Positions 1 through 10,422 of a stretch of 64,000 nt of DNA are shown here, piece by piece. Source of the stretch: Candidatus Obscuribacteraceae bacterium (GTDB lineage: Bacteria > Cyanobacteriota > Vampirovibrionia > Obscuribacterales > Obscuribacteraceae); NCBI GenBank assembly GCA_044229845.1, contig JBGASG010000011.1:64001-128000 (forward strand), written 5' to 3'. A program made the position numbers and the translations under genes. Positions within the stretch are counted from its first letter, which is position 1, and each line of letters starts with the position of its first letter. A model generated the notes under the pieces. That model was given only the letters and a program-made list of their open reading frames with translations, had not been told where the DNA came from and made no database searches.

Positions 1-145
1 CGTGTGCAAACTGTGGCGCTGAAGCGTTCGTGCGTTTTACTCCAAAGGGATACCGGCCAGTGCTTTGCATAGACTGCCTGCTCTCGCACCGTCACTCTTC
101 GGAGTTAAGCGATCTTTCTGCCGGCGTTGGCATTGACCCCGCCTG

Positions 146-883
146 CTAAGGTGAGCACGCAGCCCCGAGATACCGCTCCGCCTCCACCGCTTTTGGAAAA
201 AGAATGCTACTTTCTTTATGAATGTGCACGCGCAGATCATGATCCATGCGGCTCAGTCCATCCAACAATGCACGCCAGCTATTGCATGCGCCCTCTGGAG
301 GCGTGTAATCGTTGGACAGTTCCCTGAGTTTCTGGAGCGCCAATCCTGCTTCCTGATGCTCAAACTCCATCTGATTGATCGGATTTTGCACCGAGCCGAA
401 GCAACCGGGCTTGGGACGACCGGAGTCCATGCCACGCAGGAAGGGAAACAAGATCATCTCCTCTTTCATCATGTGCGGCTCCAGTTCCGCTCGCAAAGCC
501 TGATAAACCAAGGAGAACTCCACCATCTGTGGTGCGCGCTCGCCGTGGACGCGAGCCACCTTCTCGGCTAAGGCTGTTAATCGCGGCAGTTCCTGCTTCA
601 AATAGGTATGATGAGTTTGCTCGATATGGTCGACCAGCTCAGTCAAGCTTCTACCCAACCAAACTTCTGCAGGCTCCTCGGACCGCGCCGCTTGAGCGTC
701 GGCATCTTGCAACTCCTTGATCACACCTTCGACATTCAACCCGCGAGCGCCACATGCATCAGCGAGCGTCTTGCCGCCACCGCAACAAAAGTCGATTTTA
801 TACCGATCGAACACCGCCGCTCGTGTGGGCTGCTCAGCCAGCAAGCTGCCGACAGTCTTCGTGCCGAATCCGTTGGTATCCAT
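146..883 (-). CDS. ric: Iron-sulfur cluster repair di-iron protein (Ric/YtfE/ScdA family)
   Basis: N-terminal IDFCCGG motif, then hemerythrin-like HH, HMMKEE and HIHKES motifs; ATG at 883 has an AAGGAG RBS. Confidence 0.93.
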   Translation of the reverse strand: MDTNGFGTKTVGSLLAEQPTRAAVFDRYKIDFCCGGGKTLADACGARGLNVEGVIKELQDADAQAARSEEPAEVWLGRSLTELVDHIEQTHHTYLKQELPRLTALAEKVARVHGERAPQMVEFSLVYQALRAELEPHMMKEEMILFPFLRGMDSGRPKPGCFGSVQNPINQMEFEHQEAGLALQKLRELSNDYTPPEGACNSWRALLDGLSRMDHDLRVHIHKESSILFPKAVEAERYLGAACSP

Positions 884-1012
884 AACGACTCCTTTATCCC
901 CTGAATGAGAAATTCGCAATAGCACGATGTTAATGGTGCCATATCGGGAACCAGCTCGTATGCACCGAAAGAACGATTGCGAGCGTGAGTGTCATTCAAA
1001 CTGTCCGAAAGA

Positions 1013-1028
1013 TCATCCTTTGGGATGA
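1013..1028. promoter_or_regulatory. Palindromic operator candidate TCATCC-TTTG-GGATGA
   Basis: Perfect 6-4-6 inverted repeat between divergent ric and the NnrS-like gene; recurs across the window. Confidence 0.65.
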
Positions 1029-1086
1029 CTCGTTAAAATCGCTCCTGTTATGGACGAATGATAATGCGTCCGGTGCAACAATTGAA

Positions 1087-1107
1087 ACAGGATATTGATA
1101 ACAGGTG
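1087..1107. promoter_or_regulatory. Candidate Rrf2-type operator (GATATTGA core)
   Basis: ACAGGATATTGATAACAGGTG aligns with sites next to both rrf2 genes (25558, 45244). Confidence 0.35.
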
Positions 1108-2922
1108 AGAGCATTGGCTTCTTCAGCAACAGTTTTACTGACCGGTGAAACACTCATACCGGAAATCCTCAGACAGATACCACACAGCCGAGTTGTGTTT
1201 GACAAATATGGACTGAAGGGTTGCGGCGGGGCCGACGGACCATACGAATCCCTGCGGGTGTTTGCGCGCGCGCACGAAGTCGATCTGCAGCGCTTGATCC
1301 AAGAGCTGGAAGAATCGAACTCATCGGTGAATGAATCGAGTTCAGATCAAATAGCACCAGCCTTGGGTGATGTCATTTATCGCCGCTTTTTTCTGGCGGC
1401 TGTAGCATTTCTATTAACTGTGGGAGCAAGCTGGGGAGCTGCCATTCTATGGTCTATAGGTAGTTCCGGAACGTTTCAGACTGCATCCGTCTTCGACATA
1501 CAAGCACACGCTCAGGCTCAGGTGTTCGGCTGGATGGGGCTTGTGATCATGGGTTTTGCCTACCAGGCTTTTCCCCGCTTCTGGCATACAGAACTGAGAA
1601 ACGCCACCCGGGCTAATCTTTCCTTCTGGGCAATGGTAGGCGGCGTCGTTGCTTCGATGATCGGCATTTACGCGGCTCAATGGGCGCCGTTCGCGTTGCC
1701 GCTTACCATCTTGGGCGGGTGCCTGGAAGTTTTCGCCGTTTCACTATTCGCCCTGGAGCTCTACTGCACTTACCAATACAGCCGTAAGCAGTTTGAGCCT
1801 TACATGGCATACGTATTTATCTCCGTTTTCTGGTTTCTAATCGGCACCATCCTCAATGGCATACATAGCGCTGCTCTCGTTAGTTCAGTACATTACTTGC
1901 CGATGACGAATGCCGCCTTCTGGTTGCAAACTCCCATGCGTGATGTGCAGTTCCATGGTCTGGGAATGACAATAATTATCGGCGTGTCACTGCGCACGTT
2001 GCCTCATATCTTCGGAGTCAAACAGCCTTCGCGCGCGTTTGCCTGGTGGGCGCTTGTGGCGTTGACTGCAGCTGTTGTGGTCGAGACGGTCTTATCCCTG
2101 ACAGGTAAGTATCCCCACTGGTCGGTATCCTTGGTGCTTTTAACGGTGGCAGCGACGGCAGTTTGCAGTTTCCGCCTCTGGCAAAAGTTTCCCGACGGCG
2201 ATCGCTCGGAAAAATTTATCAAGGCAGGCTGGATCTGGGTCTTGATCTCACTTGTGATGATGGTAGCTGCCAGTGTCAACTTCCAACTAACCGGGCTGCC
2301 TGCTACTCACGCTTACATGGGCTCGATCCGTCATGCCATTACAGTCGGTTTTATCAGCTTGATGATCATGGGTTATGCAGCGAAGGTCGTCGCTACGCTA
2401 AACGGACTGGACACACACAAACTGACCTCGCTTGCCATTCCTTTCGTGTTAGTGAATCTCGGCTGCGCCATTCGGGTAATCGGTCAATCTTTGACAGACG
2501 CGTATCCTGGAGCATTTCCTGTGGCGGGCGTGAGCGGCACTCTTGAAGCTTGCGGTATGGCAATCTGGGGGCTGCACATCACGAGGATTATCCTCACCGG
2601 CAAATTCCATTCGGCCGCACCGCGCCCCGCCGGACCGTCCCCTGAGAAAGTGGCTGTCGACATGATCGTGGCAGATGTACTGACCTGGTTTCCGGAAACG
2701 GAATCTGTGTTTGTGGAATTTGGCTTCCGTCCAGTTACCAACCCTTTCATGCGCAGGACGGTCGCACGCCAGGTCACCTTGCGTCAGGCTTGCCAACTAC
2801 ATAATATTGAACCAGAGGATTTCGTCGCAATTTTAAATGAAAGCCTGCGTGGTACTGGTTGCAGCGGCAAATGCAATAGCGGACAATGCGAGGCACAGGC
2901 AATGCATGGTCACCATGATTAG
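1105..2922 (+). CDS. NnrS-like polytopic membrane protein with DUF1858-like domains at both termini
   Basis: HAQAQVFGW and HAITVG motifs, many hydrophobic segments; terminal domains VFDKYGLKGCGG...AHEVD and VFVEFGF...TLRQACQLHNI; start may be TTG 1114. Confidence 0.75.
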   Translation: MRALASSATVLLTGETLIPEILRQIPHSRVVFDKYGLKGCGGADGPYESLRVFARAHEVDLQRLIQELEESNSSVNESSSDQIAPALGDVIYRRFFLAAVAFLLTVGASWGAAILWSIGSSGTFQTASVFDIQAHAQAQVFGWMGLVIMGFAYQAFPRFWHTELRNATRANLSFWAMVGGVVASMIGIYAAQWAPFALPLTILGGCLEVFAVSLFALELYCTYQYSRKQFEPYMAYVFISVFWFLIGTILNGIHSAALVSSVHYLPMTNAAFWLQTPMRDVQFHGLGMTIIIGVSLRTLPHIFGVKQPSRAFAWWALVALTAAVVVETVLSLTGKYPHWSVSLVLLTVAATAVCSFRLWQKFPDGDRSEKFIKAGWIWVLISLVMMVAASVNFQLTGLPATHAYMGSIRHAITVGFISLMIMGYAAKVVATLNGLDTHKLTSLAIPFVLVNLGCAIRVIGQSLTDAYPGAFPVAGVSGTLEACGMAIWGLHITRIILTGKFHSAAPRPAGPSPEKVAVDMIVADVLTWFPETESVFVEFGFRPVTNPFMRRTVARQVTLRQACQLHNIEPEDFVAILNESLRGTGCSGKCNSGQCEAQAMHGHHD

Positions 2923-2990
2923 TGATTCACCGGAATTCCACTTCGATTTGCGGTCAGTGAAATAACAGGCTCGTCGCCGGGAGAACCTTT

Positions 2991-3446
2991 GTGGGCGGTA
3001 TAAAGCGACATCCAGCTCTGCAGCCTTTTTCTCGCGATCATTTGATTGGTCTGTTTCATGCTCAGAAGTTGATCAAGTTACAAACGTCAGTCACACCGGA
3101 ATTGTTGGACGATGTTGTCTCGGCATTCTCGCTGTCCTGGCACCAGGAGATATCGGTGCACTTCGCCGATGAAAATCGACTAATCGGTCCTATGCCACTC
3201 AAGGAGAGCACCTTGAAGCGCCTGCATGATGAGCATCTAGAGTTGGCGCAGGCAATAGGATCTCTACTCCAGAAACCCCACTCTGCACTGAATGCGGTGC
3301 AAGTCGGGCGGCTTCTCGAGGCACACATACGCTGGGAAGAACACACACTGTTCCCTGAGATCGAGACCACTTTATCCGTCCAAGCACTAACAGAGCTGGC
3401 TGAAAGAACACAATTGATCGAAAAGTCGAGGAGACGAAAGCTATGA
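2991..3446 (+). CDS. Hemerythrin-domain protein
   Basis: LQPFSRDH, HFADEN, EH and HIRWEE metal-ligand pattern. Confidence 0.8.
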   Translation: MGGIKRHPALQPFSRDHLIGLFHAQKLIKLQTSVTPELLDDVVSAFSLSWHQEISVHFADENRLIGPMPLKESTLKRLHDEHLELAQAIGSLLQKPHSALNAVQVGRLLEAHIRWEEHTLFPEIETTLSVQALTELAERTQLIEKSRRRKL

Positions 3447-3817
3447 TTGCCCACCTTATTTTCTACGTCACTGATCAGGAGATAAGCACCTTCTTTTATA
3501 GTCACGTTCTGCAATTGGCTCCAACACTGAATGTCCCGGGCATGACCGAATTCCAATTGAGTGAAACTTGCGTGCTGGGGATTATGCCAGAGTCGGGAAT
3601 CAAGAGGCTGATCGGCTCCTCGCTTCCAGATCCGGCGAGCGCTCAAGGCGTACCGCGCGCCGAGTTGTATCTGGTCGTCGTAAATGCCAACGACTACTAC
3701 AAGCGCGCCCTAGCGGCTGGAGGTACGGCATTGAGTGATGTATGCGAGCGCGATTGGGGTCAGAGCGTCGGCTACTGCCTGGATAAAGACGGACATGTGC
3801 TGGCTTTCGCTCACTGA
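3443..3817 (+). CDS. VOC/glyoxalase family protein
   Basis: LIFYVTD...FY and RDWG...YCLDKDGHVL motifs; ATGA overlap with the upstream gene. Confidence 0.85.
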   Translation: MIAHLIFYVTDQEISTFFYSHVLQLAPTLNVPGMTEFQLSETCVLGIMPESGIKRLIGSSLPDPASAQGVPRAELYLVVVNANDYYKRALAAGGTALSDVCERDWGQSVGYCLDKDGHVLAFAH

Positions 3818-3866
3818 TCTCGCCATTCCTGGCGGCTAACACAGAGCTGGGATCGACCAGCAATCT

Positions 3867-4091
3867 CTATTTAGAAGGCGTCTGAGTTGTGTCGCCGGAT
3901 GCCTCTTTCGATTCAGATTTCTTCTCTTTCGCTTCCTTCTCCTTTTTGGCTTTTTTCGCTGGTTTATCAGCTTTCTTTTTCTCGCTGGCTTCCTTTTTGA
4001 CGGTCTTGCCTAAGTCGTTGCTTGCTTCCTCAGCGGCAAGTGCTGGAGCAGCTATTGTAAGGACGACTGCCAGTGCAAAAAGATTTCGCAT
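3867..4091 (-). CDS. Small secreted Lys/Glu-rich protein
   Basis: Signal peptide ending ALA, GGAGG RBS, low-complexity charged body. Confidence 0.7.
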   Translation of the reverse strand: MRNLFALAVVLTIAAPALAAEEASNDLGKTVKKEASEKKKADKPAKKAKKEKEAKEKKSESKEASGDTTQTPSK

Positions 4092-4257
4092 ACAACCTCC
4101 ATGAGTAAATTAGACTCGACAGTATATTTGGACTACACTTTGCAGACATTAGAGCCAGAGCGGTTACCAGATGGTAACCAGTCCTGTGCAACTGGTAGCG
4201 GGCGCAGCAGAACTGCGCTTGCAACAAAATCAACTGCGCCGACGGTTCAGCCCTCGC

Positions 4258-5427
4258 TCAGGAGCGAGCTGCAGCCGGAACTTTGGCTTCGCCGAGCAGG
4301 TGGCGGGCGATGATGATTCGTTGTATCTGGCTTGTTCCTTCATAGATTTGGAAAATTTTTGCATCGCGCATCAGTTTCTCCACCGGGTACTCACGAGAGT
4401 AACCGTAGCCGCCGAATATCTGCACTGCATCGGTCGCCACTTTCATCGCAGTGTCGGCGGCGAATGCTTTAGCACGAGCTGCCTCGCGCGTATTGCGCTT
4501 GCCCTGGTCGATGAGCCAGGCGGCGTGCCAGCACAAAAGACGAGCCGCCGCAATTCCCTGATCCATATCAGCAAGCATGAAACTGATTGCTTGATTATTG
4601 GCAATTGGCTTGCCGAATGCCTCTCGTTCTTGCGCGTAGCGCACTGCATGTTCCAAGGCAGCTCTGGCTAATCCCACGGCGGCAGATGCGACCAACGGGC
4701 GAGTGTGGTCGAAAGCGGCCATCGAGATTTTGAACCCTTCACCTTCGTTGCCCAGACGATTTGCAGCTGGTATCACCACATCCTCAAATGAGATGGCACG
4801 AGTGTCACTGGCGCGCTGACCCATGTTTTGTTCTTTCTTGCCGAGGGTGATCCCGGCATCGTCAGCCGGCACCACGAATGCCGTCATGCCCTGGTGACCC
4901 TTAGTTTGGTCTGTATAGGCAAGCACGTAGAACCAGTCTGCGACGCCCGCATTGGTTATCCACATTTTCTGTCCATTCAGAACGTATTCCTCGCCCTGTC
5001 GCCTGGCTGTGGTTTTAATACCGGCAACATCCGATCCCGCTGCCGGTTCTGTCACGCAGTATGCAGCGAATGTCAGTTGCTCGGTGAGCGGGGTGAGAAA
5101 CTTCTGTTTTTGCTCTGTCGACCCGGCAACGATAACGGGCGCGGCGGCCAGATTGTTGGCTTCCATGGCTGTGCCGATGCCGGTGCAGCCGCTGGCGATT
5201 TCCTCGGCAATCAAACAAGCATCGAAGACGCCCAACCCCAGACCGCCGAATTCCTCCGGGATATGGACATTCATCAGTCCTTGATCGAAAGCCTGCTGGC
5301 AGATGTCTCGCGGAAACTCACCAGTTTCGTCATGGTGTGCAGCTTTGGGCACTACGACTCGTCGAGCGAAGTCGCGAGCCAGTTCTTGTATTTGGATTTG
5401 GTCATCAGTGAGGTTGAAATCGGCCAT
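4258..5427 (-). CDS. Acyl-CoA dehydrogenase
   Basis: [28 protein letters not shown] and [11 protein letters not shown] motifs. Confidence 0.95.
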   Translation of the reverse strand: MADFNLTDDQIQIQELARDFARRVVVPKAAHHDETGEFPRDICQQAFDQGLMNVHIPEEFGGLGLGVFDACLIAEEIASGCTGIGTAMEANNLAAAPVIVAGSTEQKQKFLTPLTEQLTFAAYCVTEPAAGSDVAGIKTTARRQGEEYVLNGQKMWITNAGVADWFYVLAYTDQTKGHQGMTAFVVPADDAGITLGKKEQNMGQRASDTRAISFEDVVIPAANRLGNEGEGFKISMAAFDHTRPLVASAAVGLARAALEHAVRYAQEREAFGKPIANNQAISFMLADMDQGIAAARLLCWHAAWLIDQGKRNTREAARAKAFAADTAMKVATDAVQIFGGYGYSREYPVEKLMRDAKIFQIYEGTSQIQRIIIARHLLGEAKVPAAARS

Positions 5428-5720
5428 AAAGAAATCTCCAAGATTACTGATATCAGGCTATCCGCATACGTCCCGCGCAAAATCACCCTAAAGGCTGACT
5501 TGTCTTGGGTTCGATTCAAGAGAGCATATCGATCTACGAACGGACGTAGTTCACTTTCGGAATCAATCTTCTGGAGGATGTAACTGCACCGTCGAGATGG
5601 CATCATAATGTCAGAGATACGAGATTGGCAGAGGCACAAAAAACCAAACAAGACGTAACGCGAAAGCAAGACGCTAACCACAACAAAGCATACCCGCCAA
5701 TCAAAGAGACAAGAACAACG

Positions 5721-5757
5721 TAACAGAGTCCGCCCTCAGGTAAGGCGGCCTCTGTTA
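5721..5757 (-). terminator. Hairpin downstream of nrdG, probable terminator
   Basis: TAACAGAG/CTCTGTTA plus CCGCC/GGCGG stems, followed by T-rich sequence on the minus strand. Confidence 0.55.
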
Positions 5758-5781
5758 TCGCGTTGATATGCAGCTAACGAT

Positions 5782-6462
5782 TCAGCGCACAGAAAAGCTA
5801 GCAAATATGTTGCTCAGCGCCTGGCATGTCGGCACCGAAAGAGCATAGGAAGCCAGATCTTTTACAACCGGATTGTCGCAGCCAACGTTCCTGAATTGTT
5901 GAACGACGTATCGTTCGACCCCGCTGTCAGAAAGGCGGCGTGCCAAATCAAGGAGTGTAGATTCGGCAAGATAAGCTGAGTGGACAGTGGTGCGCACTTC
6001 ATATTCGACACCGCTATCAAGGACCAGTTGCAAGCTTCGAAAGGCCGCCGCGGCACCGCCTTCCGCTCCGGCAATCGCTTGATAATTCTGTTCATCTGAC
6101 TTGATATCAAGCCCGACCCAATTTAACAGTGGCAGTATCGATTCGAGCGCCTGTGGATTGACACCAGCTGTATGCAAGCCGACTTTAAATCCCAACTCCT
6201 TGACCTCTTGTATCGCCTCCTTAATGTCCTTCTGGACGGTAGGCTCTCCGCCGCTGAATACGAATGCATCCAGGAGGTGGCGTCTACGCTCAAGGAAGCT
6301 GATGATAGCGTCCCATCTGATCGCACCTTCGCCTTTGAAGACCTGCAACTGCGGATTGTGGCAATATACGCACTGCCAGGGACATCCCTGACAGAAAGCC
6401 ACTGCGCTCAACTCACCAGGGTAATCGATGGTGCTAAGTGGTGTCAGCCCGGCAACTTTCAC
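5782..6462 (-). CDS. nrdG: Anaerobic ribonucleotide reductase activating enzyme (radical SAM)
   Basis: STIDYPG, CPWQCVYCHN and FSGGEPT motifs; adjacent to nrdD. Confidence 0.93.
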   Translation of the reverse strand: MKVAGLTPLSTIDYPGELSAVAFCQGCPWQCVYCHNPQLQVFKGEGAIRWDAIISFLERRRHLLDAFVFSGGEPTVQKDIKEAIQEVKELGFKVGLHTAGVNPQALESILPLLNWVGLDIKSDEQNYQAIAGAEGGAAAAFRSLQLVLDSGVEYEVRTTVHSAYLAESTLLDLARRLSDSGVERYVVQQFRNVGCDNPVVKDLASYALSVPTCQALSNIFASFSVR

Positions 6463-6683
6463 TTCAAGACTTCCGAATCGCTCTTATGTCTGGCAAGTTC
6501 ACCGCACCCAGCCGAACCGCATTGTTCGGTAAAGTGCTGGCGCTCCTCGTGTTCAGCGCGTTTACCGATGTTGAAGGACGAAACTGGCCTGTGGTAGCCC
6601 ATGACTCTGGTCCATACCTCACAGACTTGTCGCTCGTCATCGTTCAAACTAATCTCGCTGCAAATTGTGTGATTGTGATTCAT
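6459..6683 (-). CDS. Stand-alone glycyl-radical domain of class III RNR (NrdD C-terminal piece)
   Basis: CEVWTRVMGYHRPVSSFNIGK motif; own AAGGAG RBS; ends in a GTGA overlap with nrdG. Confidence 0.85.
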   Translation of the reverse strand: MNHNHTICSEISLNDDERQVCEVWTRVMGYHRPVSSFNIGKRAEHEERQHFTEQCGSAGCGELARHKSDSEVLK

Positions 6684-6710
6684 GTTGTCAGTCTCCTTAT
6701 CGGTTGTTTG

Positions 6711-8768
6711 TTACTGATTCTCTGCCTTGCAGCAAGCTGAAAGCCTGGCTCGTTTTTCGACGAGCAAGACTTCATCGCAATGCGGGCAAAACTTGTGCTC
6801 ACCGACCAGATATCCATGCTTCGGACATATGGAAAATGTGGGAGTGATGGTAATGTAAGGCAGGCGGAATCTTTCCAGCACTCTACGCACAAGTTTCTTG
6901 CAAACCTCTCCGCTGGAGATCTGTTGGTTCATATAGAGATGCAGCACCGTGCCGCCGGTGTATTTGCGCTGCAAATCATCTTGCCTCTCCAGCGCTTCAA
7001 ACGGGTCGTCTGTAAATCCTACGGGAAGCTGTGACGAATTGGTGTAATAAGGTGCATCCGCAGTTCCTGCCTGCAGAATATCGGGAAACCGTTTTCGATC
7101 TTCTTTCGCGAACCTGTACGTGGTGCCTTCGGCTGGTGTCGCTTCCAGGTTGTACATGTGCCCGGTTTCTTCCTGCAATTGAACGGCACGAGCGCGGATA
7201 TGATCGAGCAAGCGATGTGCCATACGCTCACCAAATTCGGTGGTGATATCATCTCGATCGCCGGTGAAGTTGCGGATCATTTCGTTGATGCCGTTGACAC
7301 CGATCGTCGAAAAGTGATTGCGCAAGGTGCCCAAGTATCTCTTTGTGTAGGGAAACAGCCCGTTGTCCATGTGACGCTGTATCACCTTGCGTTTTGTTTC
7401 CAGACTGTTGGCCGCCAGGTCGAGCAAATAATCGACACGATTGAGCAGGGCAGTTTCATCACCGGCAAACAGGTAGCCCAGTCGAGCACAATTTAGCGTG
7501 ACGACACCGATAGATCCCGTTTGCTCAGCCGAGCCGAACAGCCCGTTGCCGCGCTTCAAAAGCTCACGCAAATCCAGCTGTAAGCGGCAGCACATCGAAC
7601 GAATCATGTTCGGTTTCAAATCGGAGTTCACAAAGTTCTGAAAATAAGGCAGTCCGTACTTGGCAGTCATGTCAAACAGCAGTACCGCATTCTCGCTGTC
7701 CCAGGGAAAGTCGCCGGTTATGTTGTAGGTCGGAATTGGGAAGGTAAACACACGCCCTTTGGCGTCTCCTTCCGTCATAACTTCGATGTATGCCCGATTG
7801 ATCATGGCCATTTCCTGTTCGAGTTCGCCGAAAAAGAATGGCAATTCCACTCCCCCGATACGCGGCACTTGATCTTTTAGATCATCCGGGCAGGTCCAAT
7901 CGAACGTCAGATTGGTGAACGGAGTCTGTGTCCCCCAGCGGCTGGGCACGTTGAGGTTGTATATGAGTTCCTGAATGTTCTGTTTTACCTCCGCATACGA
8001 CATGTTGTCCTTGCGAATATAAGGCGCCATGTACGTATCAAAGGAGCTGAATGCTTGCGCGCCCGCCCACTCGTTTTGCAAAGTTCCCAAGAAATTGACG
8101 ATTTGTCCAACGGCGCTGGACATGTGCTGAGGCGGGCTGGCTTCCACTTTACCGGGAACGCCGTTCAGTCCTTCATTCAATAAGGTTCTGAGCGACCAGC
8201 CGGCGCAATAGCCCGACAACATGTCCAGGTCGTGGATGTGCAGTTCGCCCTGGCGATGAGCCTCCCCGATTTCCGGGGTATAGACATGGTTCAACCAGTA
8301 ATTTGCCACCACTTTTCCGGATACGTTCAAGATCAAGCCGCCCAGTGAATAACCCTGGTTGGCGTTGGCTTTTACTCGCCAGTCTTGCTGGTCGACATAT
8401 TCAGTGATAGAGGAGAACACATTGATGGCACTTTTCGCGTCTTCGCGCAACGTTTTGTGCTGCTCTCGATAAACTATAAATGCACGTGCAGTCTTGTGAT
8501 ATCTGCCGGCGAACAATGCAGCTTCTGCCTCATCTTGTATCGACTCGATAGAAATTGCTCCGGTTGGGTGCTCCTCCTGCAAGGCGCGAATCACCCAGCC
8601 GGCCAGAATGTTCGCGACTGCATCATCATATTCGCCGGTGGACCTGCCTGCAGCAAGCAGAGACGCCTTGATTTTTTGGCTGTCAAATTCCACTTCTTGC
8701 CCGTTGCGTTTGCAAACGACTCGCGGCACGCAAATAAATGGAGTGGAAACCGTGATTGGACTTTGCAT
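6711..8768 (-). CDS. nrdD: Class III (anaerobic) ribonucleoside-triphosphate reductase with ATP cone, lacking the C-terminal glycyl loop
   Basis: ATP cone (VCKRNG...FD..KI), HIHDL, YCAGW, RSMCCRL, LEATPAEG, CPKHGY...CPHC; ATG 8768 with AAGGA RBS. Confidence 0.93.
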   Translation of the reverse strand: MQSPITVSTPFICVPRVVCKRNGQEVEFDSQKIKASLLAAGRSTGEYDDAVANILAGWVIRALQEEHPTGAISIESIQDEAEAALFAGRYHKTARAFIVYREQHKTLREDAKSAINVFSSITEYVDQQDWRVKANANQGYSLGGLILNVSGKVVANYWLNHVYTPEIGEAHRQGELHIHDLDMLSGYCAGWSLRTLLNEGLNGVPGKVEASPPQHMSSAVGQIVNFLGTLQNEWAGAQAFSSFDTYMAPYIRKDNMSYAEVKQNIQELIYNLNVPSRWGTQTPFTNLTFDWTCPDDLKDQVPRIGGVELPFFFGELEQEMAMINRAYIEVMTEGDAKGRVFTFPIPTYNITGDFPWDSENAVLLFDMTAKYGLPYFQNFVNSDLKPNMIRSMCCRLQLDLRELLKRGNGLFGSAEQTGSIGVVTLNCARLGYLFAGDETALLNRVDYLLDLAANSLETKRKVIQRHMDNGLFPYTKRYLGTLRNHFSTIGVNGINEMIRNFTGDRDDITTEFGERMAHRLLDHIRARAVQLQEETGHMYNLEATPAEGTTYRFAKEDRKRFPDILQAGTADAPYYTNSSQLPVGFTDDPFEALERQDDLQRKYTGGTVLHLYMNQQISSGEVCKKLVRRVLERFRLPYITITPTFSICPKHGYLVGEHKFCPHCDEVLLVEKRARLSACCKAENQ

Positions 8769-8951
8769 TATTGATCCTTCAGTGGAGTAACGTGCACCCG
8801 CCACATAAAAGCTTGGCTTCGTTTGCCAGGAAACGATACTACCGGCGGCGGCAGATGGCAATACCTACCGAAGTAGCACCACGGGCGGTGCGAGCAGATA
8901 TCTGCTCGCGGCAGTTACCGCCGGGTGCTCATCCCTGCTAACCCAAAAGAA

Positions 8952-8967
8952 TCCACCTTTGGGATGA
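8952..8967. promoter_or_regulatory. Palindromic operator candidate TCCACC-TTTG-GGATGA
   Basis: Matches the recurring motif; upstream of nrdD. Confidence 0.55.
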
Positions 8968-9099
8968 TAAAGCCGACCCGGCAATTATCGGCAGTATCGC
9001 TGCATGAGCATTGTCTATATCAAAAGTAAACGTAAACGGAGATTCCAGTTGTTTGCGGAATGCTAAATTCAGATATCTGGTAACAATTCAACTCAAGTG

Positions 9100-9740
9100 T
9101 GCGAAATTCTTTGTCGTCAGATGAAGAGCGATGGATTCAGAAAGCTCGAGAACCTGACGGCAGATTACGTTTCGACAAAGACCGCTGACCTGCTGGTTCG
9201 GCGGTCCCACCCCTGTCCGGTACCGTGTTCTTAATGCTGGCAGGTTTGGCCTTGAACTTCTTGTGTGGCTTTCTGGCACCATCGCTGGCAAAATTGGCAC
9301 TTCTGTCAATGTTCCACACGGGACTACATATAGGTACTATCTGGCGCCAAAATGCCGACGGAGATAGTTGGCATACCGATTTGCAGTTGGTATAAGGTAA
9401 CAAAGTTGTTGCTTCCGGTATTGCCCGAACCAGGAGAGTCACACTGTGCGACGTCGATCTGCATAACTTTTCTTGGCATCCTGCAGAGAAAGTCACGGAC
9501 AACCTGTCCGCAGCACCACCGATTGGTCCTCGCTGCGGGTTATTCGCATAACCCTGGAGTTCCCTTGATGAGTACGGCGCTAGCTAGCTATAGCGCTAAG
9601 CGGTGCGCTGCTCATGCTAACACCGCGATCGCGAATATGGTGCCAGGTTTATCAATCGCGCATTGCAATTCGCTGGGAACCCACCGCTCCTGCCTCATTC
9701 CAGCAGCTCGCAAATATTCGCGATCTTTTAGGCTGGGTGG
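9100..9740 (+). pseudogene. Decayed paralog of the ResB-like gene at 10632
   Basis: Clear nucleotide similarity (e.g. atgaagagcgatggattcaga at 9121 and 10703; gtgccaggtttatc...attcgctgggaacc in both) but no continuous ORF; boundaries approximate. Confidence 0.8.
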
Positions 9741-9886
9741 AGTTTCTGCCGCCCAATCTTAATGCGAGACTAATCACACAGAGTCGATCCTGACAAAACT
9801 GTTGTCTGAGCACCGTTTGGTAACCAATTGCAAAAGCAATGCGATGCCTCTAGAGTCTCGGCGTTCGATGGCGAAAGGAGAAAACT

Positions 9887-10422
9887 ATGTTTCCGACAGT
9901 AGAGAAGACCGGTACGCCTATTCAGCAATTCATCGGCGTATTCAATCAAGAGCACGAACACATTCTTGACTTGATCTTGCAATTAATTTCTAGCTGTGAG
10001 GACTCGAACTTAAAAAGTATGCGTTCAATTGTGGCAGAAATGCGTGCATACTGCGGTCCCCACTTCAGATATGAAGAAGAGTGCCTCTATCCATCCCTCA
10101 TTCAATTCTTTGAGCGTGGGCATATTGAGAGTCTGATCCGCGAGCACGTACGTTGCTCGCAGCATCTGATAAGGTGATTGCGATTGCCAACCAGAGCGTC
10201 CTGAGTCAGTCCGATGCCGTGGAAGCAATTCATCTGATTCGCTCTGGCATTCTGCCACATGTGGGAGGATGTGATGGACTTTCAATATTGATTGCGCGCA
10301 TGCCGGCTGAGAAAGGCATAGAGCTTCTAGCGGCGCGAGAGTTTTCATTGAGAGAGGGTGTCGAATTGGTTGATTGGGTGCGCAAGATTCGAAAGCCAGT
10401 TTTTGCTGCCGCAAGCACTTGA
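9887..10422 (+). pseudogene. Hemerythrin-domain gene split by a 1-nt frameshift
   Basis: EH, HFRYEE and EH in ORF 9887-10177; continues as LPHVGGCDGL in ORF 10153-10422; AAGGAG RBS. Confidence 0.7.

Noticed and set aside
8770..9090. Cobalamin riboswitch upstream of nrdD
   Set aside because: No B12-box or other conserved riboswitch elements recognisable on the minus strand
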